From: Candidatus Peribacteraceae bacterium
GTDB lineage: Bacteria; Patescibacteriota; Gracilibacteria; Peribacterales; Peribacteraceae
DNA: 64,000 nucleotides
Direction: 5' to 3'
NCBI GenBank assembly: GCA_028711445.1
Contig: JAQTSD010000003.1
Coordinates: 3,329 to 67,328 of the forward strand
Positions 45,745 to 54,613 of this stretch are shown here, one piece after another; the first letter of the stretch is position 1; each line of letters begins with the position of its first letter. The translations under genes were made by a program, and so were the position numbers. The notes beneath the pieces are model-generated. The model had not been told where the DNA came from. It was given only the letters and a program-made list of their open reading frames with translations, and ran no database searches.

Positions 45745-47436
45745 ATGCAGCGCGAACGATTTCCCATCGGCCACTTCCTTCTCGTGTGTGGATGCTTGGT
45801 ACTCCTCGTCGCGGTCTGGCTGATCCCGGTTGCGTTTACGGGGTTCTCCTTCACGATCCCCGCACTCCTCTCCGCACGTAACTTCGCTGCGACGGGCATC
45901 TTCAGCGTTACCGATTCCATCGGGCGGGTCCTCTCGCCCTCGCTCCTGCCGATGCTCGGTGCACTGAATTCCTCCGATGGGCGCCTGAGTGATGTGCTGT
46001 ATGCAGCTCTCTCTCACTGGATTCCGTTCAGCTCAACTTTTGCGTGGACGCTCACGGGAGCAGTGCTCATGGCGGCGGCGCTGGCGCTCTTCTGGCTCGC
46101 CGCCGTGCGCGTCTTCGGCAAGCGCATCGCGTGGATCGCTCTGGTCCTTTCTGCGCTCACGCCACTCTACTGGCAGCAGGCGCTTATGGCGGACCCGTAC
46201 AAGTTTGCCTTCCTTTTCTTCTTCGCATCCTTCGCTGCCTTCGTCTGGATCGCTCCGCGCTCGCGTCTCCTCGCCGTGCTCATCGCTGGCATCTTCTTCG
46301 GACTCTCGGTGAGTGCCAAAGACGTCTTTCTTACGTTCCTTCCGTGGTTTGTTCTCGCATACATCTGGATGGAGCGGCATCGGTGGAAGAATGCACTCAC
46401 GGAAATTATCCTTTTTTCAATTCTTGCCGGCGGCATCTATCTGCTGCCGTACATGGGTGACATACGCACGCTTGGTTATCCCGCAAATCACAATCTTGCG
46501 CGCCTCTGGCCGGGAGCACGCGATCTTGCGAATGGGACGTATCTGCACCTCTATCCCGATCCGTACACGTACCACTTCGACCGCGAACGATTCGATACAG
46601 AGCACTTGAAGGAGGTCGCCTCCCAACCGCTCATCACTCGCCTACAGAACGGGAAGACACTTCTCAATTATGGTCTCGTGTCCGGCACTCTCCTCTCCAT
46701 CGGAAACGGCGCGTGGCTGCTGCTCAACAGTCTCCCATCCTTTGCCCAACAAGGGCGCATGGGCGGCATCGTATTCTGGCTCTTCTTGATCCCCGGTCTC
46801 GTCGTACTCTGGAAGAGAGATCGCAGACTCACGATTCTTTTGGGGGGATTGATCGTGAGCTCCTACTTCATCGTCTCCTTCGTACTCCACTACGAGAGGG
46901 AACACCTCATGGACGTCGTGTGGGCGGTCGAGCTCTTTGTGGCCGTGGGCATCCTTGTCGTGAGCGAAATGGTTGCCGCATCCTCCAAACGCATCTCCTC
47001 GGGAAAGCTGGCTGCTCTCATTGCCGGTATTCTCTGTGTGCAGCTCGTCCAAGCGAATCGCTTCGAGTTTGCAGAACTCTATAGAAGGACATCCGTGCCG
47101 CAGGTCTTCGTGCAAGCAGAGATGGCGAAGGGATTGTCTGAGGATGCCGTCGTCGCCCTTCCGCTTCATACCGACACCATCTCCACGCTTGCATATATGA
47201 GTGGGCGAACATTCGTGCGCTTCGATGAAGCGACGGTGAAGCGACTCCTTACCGAGCGGCGCCTTGCGGAGGCGTTCAAGACGTACGGCATCACGCATGT
47301 TCTCGGTTATGCGCAAGACACGGAGGCCGCGGTGAAGAGACAGATGCCTTCTGTCGTCATTCTCGTGCCTGCGGTCACGGGAGAGAAAGTGGCGGTCTCG
47401 CCGTTCCTCAACTATCTGTTGCACACAGTCCGATAG
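45745..47436 (+). CDS. GT-C fold glycosyltransferase (ArnT/PMT family 39/83-like)
   Basis: ~560 aa with an N-terminal half holding many TM segments and a soluble C-terminal domain. I prefer the ATG at 45745 (MQRERFPIGHFLLVCGCLVLL). Confidence 0.55.
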   Translation: MQRERFPIGHFLLVCGCLVLLVAVWLIPVAFTGFSFTIPALLSARNFAATGIFSVTDSIGRVLSPSLLPMLGALNSSDGRLSDVLYAALSHWIPFSSTFAWTLTGAVLMAAALALFWLAAVRVFGKRIAWIALVLSALTPLYWQQALMADPYKFAFLFFFASFAAFVWIAPRSRLLAVLIAGIFFGLSVSAKDVFLTFLPWFVLAYIWMERHRWKNALTEIILFSILAGGIYLLPYMGDIRTLGYPANHNLARLWPGARDLANGTYLHLYPDPYTYHFDRERFDTEHLKEVASQPLITRLQNGKTLLNYGLVSGTLLSIGNGAWLLLNSLPSFAQQGRMGGIVFWLFLIPGLVVLWKRDRRLTILLGGLIVSSYFIVSFVLHYEREHLMDVVWAVELFVAVGILVVSEMVAASSKRISSGKLAALIAGILCVQLVQANRFEFAELYRRTSVPQVFVQAEMAKGLSEDAVVALPLHTDTISTLAYMSGRTFVRFDEATVKRLLTERRLAEAFKTYGITHVLGYAQDTEAAVKRQMPSVVILVPAVTGEKVAVSPFLNYLLHTVR

Positions 47437-47478
47437 AGTATGCAGGTCACTGCCTTGTAGAGTGTTCGTTCTGGTTCC

Positions 47479-48945
47479 ATGCTCTTCACCTCTCCCTCCT
47501 ACCTTCTCTTCTTTCCGGCGGTCGCCGTCGCGTACTTCGCGCTGCCGCAGAGGTTTCGCTGGGTGCTCCTGCTCGTTGCGAGTTACTTCTTCTACGCAAG
47601 CTGGAAGCCGATCTACGCGCTTCTGCTCCTCTGCTCGACGATCGTGAACTTCCTGGCGGCCCTTGCGATGGGGCGGGAGACGGATCGGAAGCTGCGATTG
47701 GAGTATCTCTGGCTTGCCATCGCAATGAATGTGGCACTTCTGCTCTTTTTCAAGTACTTCAACTTCATCAATGACGAGCTGAGATCGCTGTTCGGATTCG
47801 CCGGATTCCCGTACGACATCCCGTCCCTCAAGATCCTCCTGCCTCTCGGGATATCCTTCTATACTTTCCAGTTTCTGGGGTACCTCATCGATGTCTATCG
47901 CGGCTCGGTTGCTCCCGAGCGGCACTTCGGCGTCTTCGCCGTATTCTCCTCGTTCTTTCCGCAACTCATTGCGGGTCCGATTGCGCGAGCGGGAAATCTC
48001 CTGCCACAGTTCCGGACCGTTCATCTCCTCGAGTACAGGCGTATCGTCGACAGTTTGTTGCTCATCCTGTGGGGATTTTTTAAGAAAGTGGTGATCGCGG
48101 ACAACCTCGCCGTCGCGGTGAATACCGTCTACGACCATCCGGAGCGTTTCACGGGTCTCCCGCTCATAGTGACTACCGTCTTCTTTGCTTTTCAGATCTA
48201 CTGCGACTTCTCGGGGTACAGCGACATCGCGGTCGGCTCGGCGCAGGTGATGGGCTTCTCGCTCACAGACAACTTCCAACGGCCGTACGCCGCGCGATCG
48301 ATTCGCGACTTCTGGCGTCGTTGGCACATCAGTCTCTCCTTGTGGTTCCGTGATTACATCTACATTCCGCTCGGAGGAAATCGCGTCTCGCCGTCGCGTC
48401 GCTCTCTCAATCTCATGGCCGTCTTCCTCCTCTGCGGATTGTGGCATGGTGCTGCGTGGACATTCGTTGTGTGGGGGGCACTCCATGGTTTCTATCAGGT
48501 ATGGGGAGTGATGACTCGCTCGATGCGCGAACAACTGGCTCAGGTGTCTGGGCTTATGCGATTTCCGCGCTTGCTGGGCGCATGGCAGGTTACCTGCACC
48601 TTCTTTCTTGTAGCTCTTGCATGGGTCTTCTTCCGGGCCGCGACGTTTACAGATGCCGCCTACATCTTCACGCATTTCACAAAGGGGCTTGCCGATCAGC
48701 TCAGCAGTTTCGCTGGTCTGCGCGAGATACTGGGGAATCTCAGTATGTCCAAGACGCTCTTCGTTGGATCGATCCTGTCCATCGTTCTCCTGGAGGGGGT
48801 GCAGTGGTTGCAACAACGCGAAGGCGTGCGGCACGGCTTCCATCACATGCCGAAGGTTCTGCGATGGTCTGTGTATTACATCCTCATCTTTGCCATCCTC
48901 TTCGCTGGTCGCTTCGAGAGCCCGTTCATCTACTTCCAATTCTAA
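47479..48945 (+). CDS. MBOAT-family membrane O-acyltransferase (AlgI/DltB-like)
   Basis: MLFTSPSYLLFFP... N-terminus and the catalytic-His region FWRRWHISLSLWFRDYIYIPLGGNR. Confidence 0.9.
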   Translation: MLFTSPSYLLFFPAVAVAYFALPQRFRWVLLLVASYFFYASWKPIYALLLLCSTIVNFLAALAMGRETDRKLRLEYLWLAIAMNVALLLFFKYFNFINDELRSLFGFAGFPYDIPSLKILLPLGISFYTFQFLGYLIDVYRGSVAPERHFGVFAVFSSFFPQLIAGPIARAGNLLPQFRTVHLLEYRRIVDSLLLILWGFFKKVVIADNLAVAVNTVYDHPERFTGLPLIVTTVFFAFQIYCDFSGYSDIAVGSAQVMGFSLTDNFQRPYAARSIRDFWRRWHISLSLWFRDYIYIPLGGNRVSPSRRSLNLMAVFLLCGLWHGAAWTFVVWGALHGFYQVWGVMTRSMREQLAQVSGLMRFPRLLGAWQVTCTFFLVALAWVFFRAATFTDAAYIFTHFTKGLADQLSSFAGLREILGNLSMSKTLFVGSILSIVLLEGVQWLQQREGVRHGFHHMPKVLRWSVYYILIFAILFAGRFESPFIYFQF

Positions 48946-48949
48946 GTTC

Positions 48950-49933
48950 GTGCCTGCGCGTTCTCTCTTTCACTCGGCTGTCTCCTTCCTCATCGGGTTC
49001 GGCGTGTTGTTCGCCGCATGTTCGGCGTACTACGAAGTGCGCGTCATCCGATCGGATAATCTCCTGAAGCAATTTGCGTACGTGCGGCAGGAATCGCTCC
49101 AGCCCGAAGTGGTCTTCTTCGGCGACTCGCACCCGGCCATGGATGTGCGGACGGACGCGATGGGGGGGCGGTACTTCAATTTCGCCTTTCCTTCGTTCAA
49201 TCTCCGCGAGGCGTACCTCAAGGTACAGTTTATTCTGCAACACAAGCCACGAGTGCGTGCATTCGTCGTCCCCGCCGATGATCATATCTTCAGCGTCTAT
49301 CGGTCGGAGGATCGCAACTTCGCCCCCATGCTCCATCTGGTGACCCTTCGAGATGTGTGGCAGGTGTACCAGTTCCGTCCGCTCGATATGCTGACTTCGC
49401 TGGCGACGTACGTCGCACCGCTTTCGAATCCCATTCATCGCCAGGAATTCGTGCGTGTTCTCAAAAAAGATATCTCATCGCTTTTCACAGGGGAGCTCCT
49501 GCAGCGCGATCTCTTCTGGGATGGCCATTGTCAGCTTACCTTGCGCGAAGGAAAAGAGTGGTCGACCCTTCCGGAAGGGCAACGCGAGGAGACCGCGGCC
49601 AGCAGGGTGCAGGTGCAACTTCAAGACCCCCTCGTCAATCAGGAACTGGTACGCGCTCTGCGCTCGCTCCTCGCGCTTGCCGAGGAGCACGGAGTGGCGG
49701 TGATCGGCGTTCGCTATCCGATTGTCAGGGAATACCAGGATCGCGCCCGGCTCATGGACATCGCCTCGGTGCGCGCCGTGCAGTCGAAGCTCCCGTTTCG
49801 CGCGATTCTCGATTACCAGCAGCTCTACGATGACCGGCAGAATCTCTTCCAGGATGAAGATCATCTGAACGAAACAGGCGCAATCCTCTTCTCGCGGCGC
49901 CTTGCGAGAGATCTGGAAGCGCTTCTTCCGTGA
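48950..49933 (+). CDS. Membrane-anchored partner of the MBOAT (SGNH/AlgJ/DltD-like), GTG start
   Basis: A GTG at 48950 lies 2 nt after the MBOAT stop. It has an N-terminal TM (AVSFLIGFGVLFAA) and FFGDSH block-I-like and DEDHLNETG block-V-like motifs. The track ORF start 48617 overlaps the MBOAT and is rejected. Confidence 0.55.
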   Translation: MPARSLFHSAVSFLIGFGVLFAACSAYYEVRVIRSDNLLKQFAYVRQESLQPEVVFFGDSHPAMDVRTDAMGGRYFNFAFPSFNLREAYLKVQFILQHKPRVRAFVVPADDHIFSVYRSEDRNFAPMLHLVTLRDVWQVYQFRPLDMLTSLATYVAPLSNPIHRQEFVRVLKKDISSLFTGELLQRDLFWDGHCQLTLREGKEWSTLPEGQREETAASRVQVQLQDPLVNQELVRALRSLLALAEEHGVAVIGVRYPIVREYQDRARLMDIASVRAVQSKLPFRAILDYQQLYDDRQNLFQDEDHLNETGAILFSRRLARDLEALLP

Positions 49934-49936
49934 TGT

Positions 49937-51160
49937 TCATCGATAGAGCGCAAGGTGGGCTTCCACTTGCTTCTCGAGGGAGAAGTATTCTTCAACCCGT
50001 CGTTTGCCGGCTTGCCCCATCCGTTGCGCGAGTGCCGTGTCTTTGAGGAGGAGAGAAAGATGATTGGCAAAGGCCAAGATGTTGCGTGGGTCGCAGACGA
50101 AACCGGTCTCTCCGTCTTTGACGATCTCCGGCGTGCCGCCGAAGATGGTGCCGACGACGGGCTTTGCGAGTGTCATTGCTTCGAGATTCATGAGATTGAA
50201 CGTGTCGAGGCAGAGCGACGGCGTCGTCACGAGATCGGCCGCTGCGAAGGCATGCAGCGTGTCCGTGCGATTCAACCAGCCGATACATCGGCAGTGTTCT
50301 CTTATCTGTGTTTCCACTCCGGAGGAGTCGAGCAGCCCCCGCCATCGAGCTTCCTCTCCGATGACGAGCAAGAATGCCTCCGGCACGGTGCGCAGAACTT
50401 CTGCGAGTGCCTGGAGGAGTTCGCGTGCCCCCTTGTCTTCGCTCAAGCGTCCACCGAAGAGAATTACTTTCTCCCCTTGAAGACGATGAAGTGCGCGGAA
50501 ATGCCCGCGGTCTTCTGCGGACACCTGCCACTTCTGCGCATCGATGCCATGATGGATCACTGCTACGTTTGTGACCCCATTTGTTTCGAGTGCGGACTTG
50601 AGGGCGAAGCTCACGGCGATCACGCGCCGTACGTTTGTGCGCAGGACTTGCCGAATCCGCCAGTTTCGCAGAGGATTCCATTGCAGCTTAACGGCGCGGA
50701 TGTGGTCCATCCATGTGAGGCGCGGGTCCTTGCCTTGTGAATCGAGGTAGCGCCTGGTCGCGAGTCTCGCGAAAGCGAAACCGAAGACGTCATGCATGGT
50801 GATGAACACTTTCGGTGTGAAGGCGCGGGCGATTGCGAGCGCGTCGTAGGTGAGATATTGATGGATATTGTGTGCATGAACGACATCCGGGCGGATGCGA
50901 GCCATCTCCTTTCGGAGCATGCGCGAGACCGATGGCATCTTCAGGCAGCGATAGTGCCGAAGCGCCGTACGATAGGAGACGGGGAGGCTCGTGACATTTC
51001 CTTCTCGTAAGATGCTCGGAGAGATTTCCCTGCGGTGGGAGGTGAGAATGGCGACGTCATGCCCTGCTCGTGCATATCCCTCGGCGAGATTTTTGACGAC
51101 GGAGGAAACGCTGCTTGCACCTCGTGGCGGATAGTCGTCATTGAGCAGCAGGATCTTCAT
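49937..51160 (-). CDS. Glycosyltransferase family 4 (GT-B)
   Basis: MKILLLNDDYPP... start (ATGA overlap with the upstream deacetylase stop) and the C-terminal E-x7-E region (TPSLCLDTFNLMNLEAMTLAKPVVGT...GGTPEIVKDGETG). Confidence 0.85.
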   Translation of the reverse strand: MKILLLNDDYPPRGASSVSSVVKNLAEGYARAGHDVAILTSHRREISPSILREGNVTSLPVSYRTALRHYRCLKMPSVSRMLRKEMARIRPDVVHAHNIHQYLTYDALAIARAFTPKVFITMHDVFGFAFARLATRRYLDSQGKDPRLTWMDHIRAVKLQWNPLRNWRIRQVLRTNVRRVIAVSFALKSALETNGVTNVAVIHHGIDAQKWQVSAEDRGHFRALHRLQGEKVILFGGRLSEDKGARELLQALAEVLRTVPEAFLLVIGEEARWRGLLDSSGVETQIREHCRCIGWLNRTDTLHAFAAADLVTTPSLCLDTFNLMNLEAMTLAKPVVGTIFGGTPEIVKDGETGFVCDPRNILAFANHLSLLLKDTALAQRMGQAGKRRVEEYFSLEKQVEAHLALYR

Positions 51161-51915
51161 GTTTTCAGTGGGAAGAGGTCTTCCACGAGTTCGCCGTTGG
51201 TGCGCATGCGCAGGTGCTGTCGGTGCGATGCGACAAGAACGAGGAAATGTTCCAGGTCCTTCCATAAATTATAGTGCGTGAGTTCCCAGCTGTGGCCCCA
51301 AAGATGGAAGAACGGAGAGTCGTTCTCCAGTGCTTCCAGGAAGAGTGTCTCTGCGAGAGATCGGAAGCTTCGAAGGGCAAGAAGCGGGATGCGGAGCGTC
51401 CTCAATTGAGACCACGAAGTACGCAACTGCCCGAAGGGGTCGAGCATATGCCACCAATGCGTGAATTTCCGGCGCACCGGGAACGGGTAGATATGGAGAC
51501 TCGTGGGAAGCAGAAAGGGGGAGGTTCCGGAGAATGCGTACCGTTCGGTCGTTCGGGCACCTGTAAATCCGGATTCCTTTACGAGAGAGACGACGGCCGG
51601 ATCCACGTCGCCTTTCGGATAGCAAAACATGTTGCAGGGTTTCTTCGTACGGTCTTCCACCCATCGCTTGCTGTCGGCAATTTCCCTCCGTGCTTCATCA
51701 CGGGGGATGTGCGCGAGGCGGGGATGATTGAGTGTGTGAGCGCCGATTTCGTGCGTCGCGCTCAGCGTACGTATCTCCTCTTTCGTGAGCATGTGCTCAT
51801 CATGCTGCGCGGCCGGGCAGACATAGAACGTCCCGCGCATGCCATGCTGGTCGAGCAACGCTCCAAGCCTAATGTCGGAGGCATAGCCGTCGTCCCACGA
51901 AGTCGTGAAAATCAT
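51157..51915 (-). CDS. Polysaccharide deacetylase (NodB homology domain)
   Basis: IFTTSWDDGY..., IGAHTLNHPRL and CYPKGD motifs. Confidence 0.8.
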   Translation of the reverse strand: MIFTTSWDDGYASDIRLGALLDQHGMRGTFYVCPAAQHDEHMLTKEEIRTLSATHEIGAHTLNHPRLAHIPRDEARREIADSKRWVEDRTKKPCNMFCYPKGDVDPAVVSLVKESGFTGARTTERYAFSGTSPFLLPTSLHIYPFPVRRKFTHWWHMLDPFGQLRTSWSQLRTLRIPLLALRSFRSLAETLFLEALENDSPFFHLWGHSWELTHYNLWKDLEHFLVLVASHRQHLRMRTNGELVEDLFPLKT

Positions 51916-53126
51916 CGGGAGTATTGGAATGAAGTTTCAAGGATATCGCCGATGTGTTGCCAGAGAAAATGTGCATGCACGCGTGCCGCTCCGGCCTGCC
52001 CCATCGCTTCCGCTTTGCTTGGGTCGGAGCAAAGCTTCTCCATCCGGTCTTCGAGTGCGCTCTCGTCACGGGGATCGACGAGAAATCCTTCCTTGCCATT
52101 CGTCACTGCATCTTTCGTACCTCCGAAGCATGAAGCGATCACAGGCTTCCCGCAGTACATCGCTTCGATGACGGAAGTAGAGAATCCTTGATAGATCATG
52201 GGATCGACGAAAACCGAGCAATGCTGGAGAAGTCCGGGAATGCGCTCGTGCGGGATCTCCCCGAAAGAGAAGATATGTTCGCGATCACGTGTCATACTCT
52301 TCTCCAATTCTTTGGTGAGCTGTTTCGACCCTCTCCCCACGATCCAGAGCTCGATATCCCCCCGGGATTTTCGCAGTTCTTCGAATGCGGCAAGCAGGTG
52401 GAAGAGACCCTTGCGTCTCGCGATACGTCCGATGAAGAGGAAGACGAATCGCTGTGTCGATCGTGGCGGGGGTTGAGCAACCTTGAAGAGTTCCTCTTCC
52501 ACGCCGTTGAAAAGCAGTATGGTCTTTGCCGAGAGCTTCTTATTCCACTCGTCGAACGTATCTTTGCCTTGGCAGAAAACGAGATCCGCGCGATCGGTGT
52601 GATGTTTCAAAGGAAAGAGGACGAACCAGAAATCGGTGAGTAGCGAACAGATGCGGTACCAGAAAGGTTTCCCGCGATTCTCCCATCCTTCTTCTTCATC
52701 TTTGCGCTCCCGGTCGTACGCCCAATCTCCGCTCGTGAGGAGCTTCAAGACATCGGTGGTATCAGGAGAGAGGACGCGCACGGCGAGGCGCGCTCCGAGC
52801 TTGAAACGGTGGAAAGGAGTGCGTGCGGAGTCGAGGAGATAGATCCAATCGAATCGCATCGTCATGCGCAAGCGCAGTGCGGTCAAGAAGCAGCGCAGCG
52901 CGAGAGGCTTGCTCAAGTTATGCATGTTGAATTGCGCGATAGCGTGCAACACGATGCCTTTCACACGCAAAGTCTTCTCAGTCTCGCGGTGGAGATGCAC
53001 GTACGTTGCGATCACGTGGACTTCGTGCCCGCGTCGTGCGAGCTCTCGGGCCGTGTTCCACACGACGGTATGCAGGCCGCTTGCTGGGCTGTCCGTGAAC
53101 GCGTGGGTGGGCAGGAGGATGCGCAT
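51912..53126 (-). CDS. Glycosyltransferase family 4 (GT-B)
   Basis: MRILLPTHAF...GLHTVVWNTARELARRGHEVHV and a C-terminal GFSTSVIEAMYCGKPVIAS...VTNGKEGFLV. The ATG at 53126 is preferred over 53213. Confidence 0.85.
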   Translation of the reverse strand: MRILLPTHAFTDSPASGLHTVVWNTARELARRGHEVHVIATYVHLHRETEKTLRVKGIVLHAIAQFNMHNLSKPLALRCFLTALRLRMTMRFDWIYLLDSARTPFHRFKLGARLAVRVLSPDTTDVLKLLTSGDWAYDRERKDEEEGWENRGKPFWYRICSLLTDFWFVLFPLKHHTDRADLVFCQGKDTFDEWNKKLSAKTILLFNGVEEELFKVAQPPPRSTQRFVFLFIGRIARRKGLFHLLAAFEELRKSRGDIELWIVGRGSKQLTKELEKSMTRDREHIFSFGEIPHERIPGLLQHCSVFVDPMIYQGFSTSVIEAMYCGKPVIASCFGGTKDAVTNGKEGFLVDPRDESALEDRMEKLCSDPSKAEAMGQAGAARVHAHFLWQHIGDILETSFQYSR

Positions 53127-53231
53127 AGGGAACGTTGCGGGAGTATACCTTCGAAGATTCGGGAGATGTAGGAATTGAAGAAGCTTCTTATGGAGCAATT
53201 TGCACATCATCATGTGTTACACTCTTGCACG

Positions 53232-54509
53232 ATGAAGAAGAGCAGCACCCCGTCGAAGAGGTCTTTCTTGTCCGGCAAACGTGCGTTTTATTGGCTTGTA
53301 CTGATCGGGATTGTGCTTGTATGTCTTGAGCTCACCATGTGGGTTGCGCTCAGCCTGCTACGCGGCGGGGTCGCCACGTATGATCGTCTGCACGATGAGC
53401 GATCAGTTCTTCTGGATATCGAGCTCGGCGAGATTCGCGCAAGCAGTGGAGCGGCAACGTCAGACGAAACGCGTATTCTTCATCCGTATGTTGGGTACGT
53501 TCACGGCAACAAGATGCCCGAACTCCTCGTCCCCAAAGATGCGAAGAATACTTTTACCATCGTGGTCGTTGGAGGATCTGTGGCGCGGAATATCGGAAAG
53601 ATCCATCCGGATGGACCAGATGCGCTGATGGCGGAACTCAAAAATCTTCCGCAGCTTGAGGGGAAAACCATTCGCTTTCTCAATCTTGCGGGGGATGGCT
53701 ACCGGCAGCCGCAGCAGCTGCTCCTGGCAAATTACCTCCTCACGCTCGGCGCGAAAATTGATCTCTTTGTCAATCTCGATGGGTTCAATGAACTCTATGT
53801 GCCGGAGAACAATCGCCAGCTCGGGGGCTTCCAAACGTATCCGGAATTGTGGACGTCGCGGATGAGCTGGCTGATGCGCAAGTCACAGTCCACATCGGAA
53901 CGACTCTTCGATATTTTGATGCTTCAGCGGTTTCGATTGGCTTCCGTCATGCAGCGTGCCCCTCTCAAATACAGCATGACGGCCAATTTCTTCTGGTCGG
54001 TGCTTGAAACAATGCTGCGCAAGCAGGTTCTCTCATCTGCGGTGCGTCCCGGGGAAGCGATTCAGCGCATGAAGGAGACCTATGGCCCGGTTACGGCATC
54101 CGGTGCGGACATCGGTGGTGCTGCGCTCACGGAGTCTGCCGAGATTTGGGAACGAAGTTCGTCACTTCTTTCCGCACTCGCCTCCTCACAGGGAATCGCA
54201 TACTTTCACTTCTTGCAACCGAATCAGTACTTCCCCAAGTCGAAGCCGATGGGAGAAGAGGAACGAGCAAAAGCGATCGGGGATTTCTTTTGGAAGGGGA
54301 TCGTGGAGAACGGCTACCCGCTTTTGCAGCAGGCGGGAATGCGTTTGCAGCGAAAGGGTGTTCATTTTTACGACATGACGCTTGTCTTCAAGGATATCTC
54401 AGAGCCTCTCTACATCGACAATATCGGTCACTTCGATCGGCACGGCGAAGCCATTCTCGGGAAAGCGATGGGAGAGAAGATCGTGGAGGTACTGAAGGAG
54501 CGGCCATGA
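53232..54509 (+). CDS. Hypothetical membrane-anchored protein, possibly SGNH/DltD-like acyl-transfer accessory
   Basis: N-terminal TM (FYWLVLIGIVLVCLELTMWVAL). It has IVVVGGSVARNIG and C-terminal DNIGHFDRHGEAILG (DxxH-like) motifs. The family assignment is tentative. Confidence 0.5.
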   Translation: MKKSSTPSKRSFLSGKRAFYWLVLIGIVLVCLELTMWVALSLLRGGVATYDRLHDERSVLLDIELGEIRASSGAATSDETRILHPYVGYVHGNKMPELLVPKDAKNTFTIVVVGGSVARNIGKIHPDGPDALMAELKNLPQLEGKTIRFLNLAGDGYRQPQQLLLANYLLTLGAKIDLFVNLDGFNELYVPENNRQLGGFQTYPELWTSRMSWLMRKSQSTSERLFDILMLQRFRLASVMQRAPLKYSMTANFFWSVLETMLRKQVLSSAVRPGEAIQRMKETYGPVTASGADIGGAALTESAEIWERSSSLLSALASSQGIAYFHFLQPNQYFPKSKPMGEEERAKAIGDFFWKGIVENGYPLLQQAGMRLQRKGVHFYDMTLVFKDISEPLYIDNIGHFDRHGEAILGKAMGEKIVEVLKERP

Positions 54510-54546
54510 TAGGTAGATTGCATTAATAATCCACAAATGTGCCAGT

Positions 54547-54613
54547 CTGAGCTTGTCGAAGACTTGACCATTTGTGGCGTGTCGACCCTTCGACAGGCTC
54601 AGGGTGACACGCC
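54547..54613. repeat. Palindromic repeat element, full copy between convergent genes
   Basis: ctgagcttgtcgaag (54547-61), 26 nt, then cttcgacaggctcag (54588-602), plus the inner inverted pair ggcgtgtc / gacacgcc. It overlaps the last five codons of the 54599 gene. Confidence 0.8.

Noticed and set aside
46642-48939. A 765-aa minus-strand ORF, the second-longest minus-strand ORF in the track.
   Set aside because: It runs antisense across two independent, well-supported plus-strand genes: the multi-TM GT-C protein, and the MBOAT with its catalytic FWRRWHISLSLWFRDYIYIPLGGNR motif. It also crosses their intergenic spacer. Its product is an Arg/Glu/His/Asp-rich low-complexity string typical of the antisense frame of GC-rich membrane-protein genes.
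48617-48949. The upstream 111 codons of the track ORF 48617-49933.
   Set aside because: This part lies entirely inside the MBOAT gene in another frame. A GTG at 48950, just after the MBOAT stop, precedes the TM anchor of the real product.
49931-49939. Convergent genes whose stop codons are only 3 nt apart, with no terminator.
   Set aside because: This is real in the sequence, but such tight convergent junctions are common in compact genomes. Nothing further is supported.
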